Source: Centroscyllium fabricii | Lineage: Eukaryota | NCBI GenBank assembly: GCA_051313645.2 | Contig: JBNRSN020000015.1 | Coordinates: 3,906,001 to 3,970,000 of the forward strand | Length of the DNA: 64,000 nt | Direction: 5' to 3' | Shown here: positions 25,901 through 37,900 of the stretch, piece by piece | Numbering within the stretch: the first letter of the stretch is position 1 | Layout of the letters: every line of letters starts with the position of its first letter | The notes under the pieces: generated by a model | What the model saw: the letters and a program-made list of their open reading frames with translations, nothing else | Told to the model about the DNA's origin: nothing | Database searches by the model: none | Translations under genes and position numbers: made by a program

Positions 25901-28900
25901 GAGATGTCAACATTACACAGATGGTGACTGACAGACTGGGTAAAAGGGTGATGTACGGAGTGTCCATGAAAACAAAACATAAAAATGAGCAAAACACAGA
26001 AAATCAGGGGGAGACTGAAACTGCTGTCATCCTTCTAGAGCCAGGAACATTATTCTGCCCGGAGGAACACATGGAGATGTTGGACGTCGCAACAAACCAC
26101 AGATGCTTGTGTGAGTGAATGAAGCAGATGAAAGGGCTGGAAATGCTCAGTGGTTGTAAAGTCATCTAATTCAGAGAATCTATTTTGAAAAGGAGCTAAT
26201 TTTATTGCTGGAATAGCCAAGTACAGGCACATTATATCTTGGAGTCTGCTCGATGTCTCTCCATTAACAGTAGATGAACTGCCTGATGTTCAATGAGACA
26301 CAGCGCAAATGCAGAGGTCTAAACTTAGTGTAAACCATCAGCATATTGTGCTATTGGCATGAGAAAGTAAAAGCGGGAGGATTTCTTCACAGATTGGAAG
26401 AGCAGGAAGTGTACAATTTAAAACAGGCCGGTTTCCGCTGCTCCCAAACATATAGCAGAGAGCACTCTGGAAAATGTGGGGATCATTAGTTTCAATACAA
26501 TTCATACTCTGAAATTATACTGAATGTTTTAGAAAGATATCCACTTAATATAAACTATGTCATGGAACGGGCTGGAGCTTCACTTCAATGAACTGATTCA
26601 ATTATTGCAGCCAATTGTGATTCATATTAGATATTGCTCCCAAGTTTCTTGAATGACTTTTATTGCATCAGATTGTTAATAACTGATTCACTTACCAGGT
26701 GACATTATTTGTCCATTGGCATTGCAGGAGCAGGTTGTTGTTGCTGTGGAGGTGGGAGTCATTGTTACTGTTGTAGATTCGGATGTGCTGGGCGTAGTGG
26801 TGGGAGCTGTGGTGGTTTTACATCTTCCCGTATACTTCAAAATTTCACAACTCTCAGTACATAATGTGAAATTACACAAGCCTGATTTCCCTACAGAACT
26901 CACGATAGCCTGCCCTGTAAGCAAACGCAATGGAAATGAGGATTTAGGCATCTAATAGCAATTGTTCATTCAGAAATTATAGATGTGGACAACTGTATCT
27001 CATATATTGACATTTAAGCAATAAGAACATGGCTCTATGGTTAAATTGAAGAATGTTGCACCTCCAGCAAATGGTGAGGGCATGGAAATTACTACTGACG
27101 ATATTGGCAGCTAAACATTTCATCCTCTCATATCACATTCTTAAATCTGTTATTTTAATGCTGCTGTTAATTTGTTTGATTGGGTTTGTGCTTGTTTTAC
27201 AAATGCAGACAGAACAACGTCTGAAGAGGTCAATAAGTATTCACCCGCTTGTATTGTCAGCAATGATATGAAACCATGAAGTGTTCATTTTGAGTAGGGT
27301 GCCTCAGATGTCTTCAACAGGCAAGTTTCTAATCTGACCTGTGATGAAACGGGCCCTCTTGAAATTCAACACAATACTGTGGATTGCCATTAAAATCAGC
27401 AGATCAACACTTTTATGCATCTCAAACACAGCTTGAAAATGTGAGATGTCAACACTACACAGAAGGTGACTGACAGACTGGGTAAAAGGGTGAGGTCCAT
27501 GAAAACAAAACATAAAAATGAACAAAACACAGAAAATCAGGGGGAGACTGAAACTGCTGTCATCCTTCCAGAGCCAGTAACATTATTCTGACAAAGGAAC
27601 ACATGGAGATGTTGGATGTCGCAACAAAACACAGATACGTGTGTGAGTGAAGAAGCAATTGAAAGGGCTGGAAATGCTCAGTGGTTGTAAAGTCATCTAA
27701 TTCAGAGAATCTATTTTGAACAGGTGCTGATTTTTTTGCCGCAATTGCCAAGTACAGGCACATTATATCTTGGAGTCTGCTCGATGTCTCTCCATTAACA
27801 GTAGATTATCTGCCTGATGTTCAACGAGACACAGGGCAAAAAGCAGAGGTCTAAACTTCGTGCAAACCATCAGCCTATTGTGCTATTGGCACGAGAAAGT
27901 AAAAGCTGGAGGATTTCTTCAAAGATGGGGAGAGCAGGAAGTGTACAATTTAAAACAGGCTGGTTTCCGCTTCTCCCAAACATATAGCAGAGAGCACTCT
28001 GGAAAATGTGGGGATCATTAGTTTCAATACAATTCATACTCTGAAAATATACTGAATGTTTTAGAAAGATATCCACTTAATATAAACTATGTCATGGAAC
28101 GGGCTGGAGTTTCACTTCAATGAACTGATTCAATTATTGCAGCCAATTGTGATTCATATTAGATATTGATCCCAAGTTTCGTGAGTGACTTTGATTGCAT
28201 CAGATTGTTAATAACTGATTCACTTACCAGGTGACATTATTTGTCCATTGGCATTGCAGGAGCAGGTTGTTGTTGGTGTGGAGGTGGGAGTCATTGTTAC
28301 TGTTGTAGATTCGGATGTGCTGGGCGTAGTGGTGGGAGCTGTGGTGGTTTTACATCTTCCCGTATACTTCAAAATTTCACAACTCTCAGTACATAATGTG
28401 AAATTACACAAGCCTGATTTCCCTACAGAACTCACGATAGCCTGCCCTGTAAGCAAACGCGATGGAAATGAGGATTTAGGCATCAATAGCAATTGTTCAT
28501 TCAGAAATTATAGATGTGGAAAACTCATTCTCATATATTGATATTTAAGCAATAAGAACATGGCTCTATGGTTAATATTAAAACATGTTGCACATCAAGG
28601 AAATGGCGTTGGGCATGGAAATTATTACTGACAATATTGGCAGCTAAAGGTTTCATCCTCTCATATAACATTCTTAAATCTGTTATTTTAATGCTGCTGT
28701 TAATTTGTTTGATTGGGTTTGTGCTTGTTTTAGAAATGCAGACAGAACAATGTCTGAAGAAGTCAATAACTATTCACCCGCTTGTATTGTCAGCAATGAT
28801 ATGGGACCATGAAGTGTTGAATTTGAGTTGGGTGCCTCAGATGTCTTCACCAGGCAAGTTTCTAATCTGACCTGTGATGAAACGGGCCCTCTTCAAATTA

Positions 28901-31900
28901 CACACAATACTGTGGATTGCCATTAAAATCAGCAGATCAACACTTTTATGTTTCTCAAACACGGCTTGAAAATGTGAGATGTCAAAACTACACAGAAGGT
29001 GACTGACAGACTGGGTAAAAGGGTGAGGTCCATGAAAACAAAACATAAAAATGAGCAAAACACAGAAAATCAGGGGGAGACTGAAACTGCTGTCATCCTT
29101 CTAGAGCCAGGAACATTATCTGCCCAGAGGAACACATGGAGATGTTGGACGTCGCAACAAACCACAGATGCTTGTGTGAGTGAATGAAGCAGATGAAAGG
29201 GCTGGAAATGCTGAGTGGTTGTAAAGTCATCAAATTCAGAGAATCTATTTTGAATAGGAGCTAATTTTTTTTCTGGAATAGTCAAGTACAGGCACATTAT
29301 ATCTTGGAGTCTGCTCGATGTCTCTCCATTAACAGTAGATTATCTGCCTGATGTTCAATGAGACACAGCGCAAATGCAGAGGTCTAAACTTAGTGTAAAC
29401 CATCAGCATTTTGTGCTATTGGCACGAGAAAGTAAAAGCGGGAGGATTTCTTCACAGATGGGGAGAGCAGGAAGTGTACAATTTAAAACAGGCCGGTTTC
29501 CGCTGCTCCCAAACATATAGCAGACAGCACTTTGGAAAATGTGGGGATCATTAGTTTCAATACAATTCATACTCTGAAATTAAACTGAATGTTTTAGAAA
29601 GACATCCACTTAATATAAACTATGTCATGGAACGGGCTGGAGCTTCACTTCAATGAACGAATTCAATTATTGCAGACAATTGTGATTCATATTAGATATT
29701 GCACCCAAGTTTCTTGAGTGACTTTGATTGCATCAGATTGTTAATAACTGATTCACTTACCAGGTGACATTATTTGTCCATTGGCATTGCAGGAGCAGGT
29801 TGTTGTTGCTGTGGAGGTGGGAGTCACTGTTACTGTTGTAGATTCGGATGTGCTGGGTGTAGTGGTGGGAGCTGTGGTGGTTTTACATCTTCCCGTATAC
29901 TTCAAAATTTCACAACTCTCAGTACATAATGTGAAATTACACAAGCCTGATTTCCCTACAGAACTCACGATAGCCTGCCCTGTAAGCAAATGCAATGGAA
30001 ATGAGGATTTAGGCATCTAATAGCAATTGTTCATTCAGAAATTATAGATGTGGAAAACTCATTCTCATATATTGATATTTAAGCAATAACAACATGGCTC
30101 TATGGTTAATATTTAAAAATGTTGCACCTCAAGGAAATGGCGTTGGGCATGGAAATTATTACTGACAATATTGGCAGCTAAAGTTTTCATCCTCTCATAT
30201 AACATTCTTAAATTTGCTATTTTAATGCTGCTGTTTATTTGTTTGATTGGGTTTGTGCGTGCTTTAGAAATGCAGGCAGAACAATGTCTGAAGAGGTCAA
30301 TATGTATTCACCCGCTTGTATTGTCAGCAATGATATGAAACCATGAAGTGTTCAATTTGAGTTGGGTGCCTCAGATGTCCTCACCAGGCAAGTTTCTAAT
30401 CTGACCTGTGATGAAAAGGGCCCTCTTCAAATTGGAAGCAATACTGTGAATTGCCATTAAAATCAGCAGATCAACACTTGTATGCATCTCAAACATGGCT
30501 TGAAAATGTGAGATGTCAACATTACACAGATGGTGACTGACAGACTGGGTAAAAGGGTGATGTACGGAGTGTCCATGAAAACAAAACATAAAAATGAGCA
30601 AAACACAGAAAATCAGGGGGAGACTGAAACTGCTGTCATCCTTCTAGAGCCAGGAACATTATTCTGCCCGGAGGAACACATGGAGATGTTGGACGTCGCA
30701 ACAAACCACAGATGCTTGTGTGAGTGAATGAAGCAGATGAAAGGGCTGGAAATGCTCAGTGGGTGTAAAGTCATCTAATTCAGAGAATCTATTTTGAATA
30801 GGAGCTAATTTTTTTGCTGGAATAGCCAAGTACAGGCACATTATATCTTGGAGTCTGCTCGATGTCTCTCCATTAACAGTAGATGATCTGCCTGATGTTC
30901 AATGAGACACAGCGCAAATGCAGAGGTCTAAACTTAGTGTAAACCATCAGCATATTGTGCTATTGGCACGAGAAAGTAAAAGCGTGAGGATTTCTTCACA
31001 GATTGGAAGAGCAGGAAGTGTACAATTTAAAACAGGCCGGTTTCCGCTGCTCCCAAACATATAGCAGACCGCACTCTGGAAAATGTGGGGATCATTAGTT
31101 TCAATACAATTCATACTCTGAAATTATACTGAAAGTTTATATTAAGTGGATATCTTTCTAAAACAATGTCATGGAACGGGCTGGAGCTTCACTTCAATGA
31201 ACTGATTCAATTATTGCAGACAAATGTGATTCATATTAGATATTGCTCCCAAGTTTCTTGAGTGACTTTGATTGCATCAGATTGTTAATAACTGATTCAC
31301 TTACCAGGTGACATTATTTGTCCATTGGCATTGCAGGAGCAGGTTGTTGTTGCTGTGGAGGTGGGAGTCATTGTTACTGTTGTAGATTCGGATGTGCTGG
31401 GCGTAGTGGTGGGAGCTGTGGTGGTTTTACATCTTCCCGTATACTTCAAAATTTCACAACTCTCAGTACATAATGTGAAATTACACAAGCCTGATTTCCC
31501 TACAGAACTCACGATAGCCTGCCCTGTAAGCAAACGCAATGGAAATGAGGATTTAGGCATCTAATAGCAATTGTTCATTCAGAAATTATAGATGTGGACA
31601 ACTGTATCTCATATATTGACATTTAAGCAATAAGAACATGGCTCTATGGTTACATTTAAGAATGTTGCACCTCCAGCAAATGGTGAGGGCATGGAAATTA
31701 CTACTGACGATATTGGCAGCTAAACGTTTCATCCTCTCATATCACATTCTTAAATCTGTTATTTTAATGCTGCTGTTAATTTGTTTGATTGGGTTTGTGC
31801 TTGTTTTACAAATGCAGACAGAACACCGTCTGAAGAGGTCATAAGTATTCACCCGCTTGTATTGTCAGCAATGATATGAAACCATGAAGTGTTGAATTTG

Positions 31901-34900
31901 ATTTGGGTGCCTCAGATGTCTTCAACAAGGCAAGTTTCTAATCTGACCTGTGATGAAACGGGCCCTCTTCAAATTACACACAATACTGTGGATTGCCATT
32001 AAAATCAGTAGATCAACACTTTTATGCATCTCAAACACGGCTTGAAAATGTGAGATGTCAACACTACACAGAAGGTGACTGACAGACTGGGTAAAAGGGT
32101 GAGGTCCATGAAAACAAAACATAAAAATGAGCAAAACACAGAAAATCAGGGGGAGACTGAAACTGCTGTCATCCTTCTAGAGCCAGGAACATTATTCTGC
32201 CCAGAGGAACACATGGAGATGTTGGATGTCGCAACAAACCACAGATACGTGTGTGAGTGAAGAAGCAATTGAAAGGGCTGGAAATGCTCAGTGGTTGTAA
32301 AGTCATCTAATTCAGAGAATCTATTTTGAACAGGTGCTGATTTTTTTGCTGGAATTGCCAAGTACAGGCACATTATATCTTGGAGTCTGCTCGATGTCTC
32401 TCCAGTAACAGTAGATTATCTGCCTGATGTTCAATGAGACACAGCGCAAATGCAGAGGTCTAAACTTAGTGTAAACCATCAGCATTTTGTGCTATTGGCA
32501 CGAGAAAGTAAAAGCGGGAAGATTTCTTCACAGATGGGGAGAGCAGGAAGTGTACAATTTAAAACAGGCCGGTTTCCGCTGCTCCCAAACATATAGCAGA
32601 CAGCACTTTGGAAAATGTGGGGATCATTAGTTTCAATACAATTCATACTCTGAAATTAAACTGAATGTTTTAGAAAGACATCCACTTAATATAAACTATG
32701 TCATGGAACGGGCTGGAGCTTCACTTCAATGAACTGATTCAATTATTGCAGACAATTGTGATTCATATTAGATATTGCACCCAAGTTTCTTGAGTGACTT
32801 TGATTGCATCAGATTGTTAATAACTGATTCACTTACCAGGTGACATTATTTGTCCATTGGCATTGCAGGAGCAGGTTGTTGTTGCTGTGGAGGTGGGAGT
32901 CACTGTTACTGTTGTAGATTCGGATGTGCTGGGCGTAGTGGTGGGAGCTGTGGTGGTTTTACATCTTCCCGTATACTTCAAAATTTCACAACTCTCAGTA
33001 CATAATGTGAAATTACACAAGCCTGATTTCCCTACAGAACTCACGATAGCCTGCCCTGTAAGCAAACGCGATGGAAATGAGGATTTAGGCATCTAATAGC
33101 AATTGTTCATTCAGAAATTATAGATGTGGAAAACTCATTCTCATATATTGATATTTAAGCAATAACAACATGGCTCTATGGTTAATATTTAAAAATGTTG
33201 CACCTCAAGGAAATGGCGTTGGGCATGGAAATTATTACTGACAATATTGGCAGCTAAAGTTTTCATCCTCTCATATAATATTCTTAAATTTGCTATTTTA
33301 ATGCTGCTGTTTATTTGTTTGATTGGGTTTGTGCTTGCTTTAGAAATGCAGGCAGAACAATGTCTGAAGAGGTCAATATGTATTCACCCGCTTGCATTGT
33401 CAGCAATGATATGGGACCATGAAGTGTTCAATTTGAGTTGGGTGCCTCAGATGTCCTCACCAGACAAGTTTCTAATCTGACCTGTGATGAAAAGGGCCCT
33501 CTTCAAATTGGAAGCAATACTGTGAATTGCCATTAAAATCAGCAGATCAACACTTGTATGCATCTCAAACATGGCTTGAAAATGTGAGATGTCAACATTA
33601 CACAGATGGTGACTGACAGACTGGGTAAAAGGGTGATGTACGGAGTGTCCATGAAAACAAAACATAAAAATGAGCAAAACACAGAAAATCAGGGGGAGAC
33701 TGAAACTGCTGTCATCCTTCTAGAGCCAGGAACATTATTCTGCCCGGAGGAACACATGGAGATGTTGGACGTCGCAACAAACCACAGATGCTTGTGTGAG
33801 TGAATGAAGCAGATGAAAGGGCTGGAAATGCTCAGTGGTTGTAAAGTCATCTAATTCAGAGAATCTATTTTGAATAGGAGCTAATTTTATTGCTGGAATA
33901 GCCCAGTACAGGCACATTATATCTTGGAGTCTGCTCGATGTCTCTCCATTAACAGTAGATGAACTGCCTGATGTTCAATGAGACACAGCGCAAATGCAGA
34001 GGTCTAAACTTAGTGTAAACCATCAGCATATTGTGCTATTGGCATGAGAAAGTAAAAGCGGGAGGATTTCTTCACAGATTGGAAGAGCAGGAAGTGTACA
34101 ATTTAAAACAGGCCAGTTTCCGCTGCTCCCAAACATATAGCAGACAGCACTCTGGAAAATGTGTGGATCATTAGTTTCAATACAATTCATACTCTGAAAT
34201 TATACTGAATGTTTTAGAAATATATCCACTTAATATAAACTATGTCATGGAACGGGCTGGAGCTTCACTTCAATGAACTGATTCAATTATTGCAGCCAAT
34301 TGTGATTCATATTAGATATTGCTCCCAAGTTTCTTGAGTGACTTTGATTGCATCAGATTGTTAATAACTGATTCACTTACCAGGTGACATTATTTGTCCA
34401 TTGGCATTGCAGGAGCAGGTTGTTGTTGCTGTGGAGGTGGGAGTCATTGTTACTGTTGTAGATTCGGATGTGCTGGGCGTAGTGGTGGGAGCTGTGGTGG
34501 TTTTACATCTTCCCGTATACTTCAAAATTTCACAACTCTCAGTACATAATGTGAAATTACACAAGCCTGATTTCCCTACAGAACTCACGATAGCCTGCCC
34601 TGTAAGCAAACACAATGGAAATGAGGATTTAGGCATCTAATAGCAATTGTTCATTCAGAAATTATAGATGTGGACAACTGTATCTCATATATTGACATTT
34701 AAGCAATAAGAACATGGCTCTATGGTTACATTTAAGAATGTTGCACCTCCAGCAAATGGTGAGGGCATGGAAATTACTACTGACGATATTGGCAGCTAAA
34801 CGTTTCATCCTCTCATATCACATTCTTAAATCTGTTATTTTAATGCTGCTGTTAATTTGTTTGATTGGGTTTGTGCTTGTTTTACAAATGCAGACAGAAC

Positions 34901-37900
34901 AACGTCTGAAGAGGTCAATAAGTATTCACCCGCTTGTATTGTCAGCAATGATATGAAACCATGAAGTGTTCATTTTGAGTTGGGTGCCTCAGATGTCTTC
35001 AACAGGCAAGTTTCTAATCTGACCTGTGATGAAACGGGCCCTCTTGAAATTCAACACAATACTGTGGATTGCCATTAAAATCAGCAGATCAACACTTTTA
35101 TGCATCTCAAACACGGCTTGAAAATGTGAGATGTCAACACTACACAGAAAGCGACTGACAGACTGGGTAAAAGGGTGAGGTCCATGAAAACAAAACATAA
35201 AAATGAACAAAACACAGAAAATCAGGGGGAGACTGAAACTGCTGTCATCCTTCCAGAGCCAGGAACATTATTCTGACAAAGGAACACATGGAGATGTTGG
35301 ACGTCGCAACAAAACACAGATACGTGCGTGAGTGAAGAAGCAATTGAAAGGGCTGGAAATGCTCAGTGGTTGTAAAGTCATCTAATTCAGAGAATCTATT
35401 TTGAACAGGTGCTGATTTTTTTGCCGCAATTGCCAAGTACAGGCACATTATATCTTGGAGTCTGCTCGATGTCTCTCCATTAACAGTAGATTATCTGCCT
35501 GATGTTCAACGAGACACAGGGCAAAAAGCAGAGGTCTAAACTTCGTGCAAACCATCAGCCTATTGTGCTATTGGCACGAGAAAGTAAAAGCTGGAGGATT
35601 TCTTCAAAGATGGGGAGAGCAGGAAGTGTACAATTTAAAACAGGCTGGTTTCCGCTTCTCCCAAACATATAGCAGAGAGCACTCTGGAAAATGTGGGGAT
35701 CATTAGTTTCAATACAATTCATACTCTGAAAATATACTGAATGTTTTAGAAAGATATCCACTTAATATAAACTATGTCATGGAACGGGCTGGAGTTTCAC
35801 TTCAATGAACTGATTCAATTATTGCAGCCAATTGTGATTCATATTAGATATTGATCCCAAGTTTCTTGAGTGACTTTGATTGCATCAGATTGTTAATAAC
35901 TGATTCACTTACCAGGTGACATTATTTGTCCATTGGCATTGCAGGAGCAGGTTGTTGTTGGTGTGGAGGTGGGAGTCACTGTTACTGTTGTAGATTCGGG
36001 TGTGCTGGGCGTAGTGGTGGGAGCTGTGGTGGTTTTACATCTTCCCGTATACTTCAAAATTTCACAACTCTCAGTACATAATGTGAAATTACACAAGCCT
36101 GATTTCCCTACAGAACTCACGATAGCCTGCCCTGTAAGCAAACGCGATGGAAATGAGGATTTAGGCATCAATAGCAATTGTTCATTCAGAAATTATAGAT
36201 GTGGAAAACTCATTCTCATATATTGATATTTAAGCAATAAGAACATGGCTCTATGGTTAATATTAAAACATGTTGCACATCAAGGAAATGGCGTTGGGCA
36301 TGGAAATTATTACTGATAATATTGGCAGCAAAAGTTTCATCCTCTCATATAACATTCTTAAATCTGTTATTTTAATGCTGCTGTTAATTTGTTTGATTGG
36401 GTTTGTGCTTGTTTTCGAAATGCAGACAGAACAATGTCTGAAGAAGTCAATAACTATTCACCCGCTTGTATTGTCAGCAATGATATGGGACCATGAAGTG
36501 TTGAATTTGAGTTGGGTGCCTCAGATGTCTTCACCAGGCAAGTTTCTAATCTGACCTGTGATGAAACGGGCCCTCTTCAAATTACACACAATACTGTGGA
36601 TTGCCATTAAAATCAGCAGATCAACACTTTTATGCATCTCAAACACGGCTTGAAAATGTGAGATGTCAAAACTACACAGAAGGTGACTGACAGACTGGGT
36701 AAAAGGGTGAGGTCCATGAAAACAAAACATAAAAATGAGCAAAAACGGAGAAGGAAGAGGGGGGACTTGATAGAGATGTTCAAAATGATGAAGGGGATCG
36801 ATAGAGTAAACGTGCAAAGACTGTTTCCCCGGGCGGGAAGAACGTCAACAAGAGGACACGAGCACAAGATTCAAGGAGGAAGATTCAGAAGGGATGGCAG
36901 GGGCAGGTTCTTTACACAGAGAGTGGTCGGGGAATGGAATAGGCTACCATCTGAAATAGTGGATGCGGACAGTCTGGGTGCTTTTAAAAGGATGATAGAC
37001 AGGTACATGGAGGGGAAGGAACAGTAGGGGGGAAAGGAAAAATCAGAGATGGACTAAGGGCGGCACTACATTGAGGGCCCAAGGGCCTGTACAGTGCTGT
37101 ATGTTCTATGTTCTATGTTCTATGTAAAACACAGAAAATCAGGGGGAGACTGAAACTGCTGTCATCCTTCTAGAGCCAGGAACATTATCTGCCCAGAGGA
37201 ACACATGGAGATGTTGGACGTCGCAACAAACCACAGATGCTTGTGTGAGTGAATGAAGCAGATGAAAGGGCTGGAAATGCTCAGTGGTTGTAAAGTCATC
37301 AAATTCAGAGAATCTATTTTGAATAGGAGCTAATTTTTTTGCTGGAATAGTCAAGTACAGGCACATTATATCTTGGAGTCTGTTCGATGTCTCTCCATTA
37401 ACAGTAGATGATCTGCCTGATGTTCAATGAGACACAGGGCAAATGCAGAGGTCTAAACTTAGTGTAAACCATCAGCATTTTGTGCTATTGGCACGAGAAA
37501 GTAAAAGCGGGAGGATTTCTTCACAGATGGGGAGAGCAGGAAGTGTACAATTTAAAACAGGCCGGTTTCCGCTGCTCCCAAACATATAGCAGACAGCACT
37601 TTGGAAAATGTGGGGATCATTAGTTTCAATTCAATTCATACTCTGAAATTAAACTGAATGTTTTAGAAAGGCATCCACTTAATATAAACTATGTCATGGA
37701 ACGGGCTGGAGCTTCACTTCAATGAACGAATTCAATTATTGCAGACAATTGTGATTCATATTAGATATTGCACCCAAGTTTCTTGAGTGACTTTGATTGC
37801 ATCAGATTGTTAATAACTGATTCACTTACCAGGTGACATTATTTGTCCATTGGCATTGCAGGAGCAGGTTGTTGTTGCTGTGGAGGTGGGAGTCACTGTT

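Noticed and set aside
36683-37027. 114-aa plus-strand ORF
   Set aside because: Intron sequence fused to the CR1-B ORF2 tail; not a host gene.
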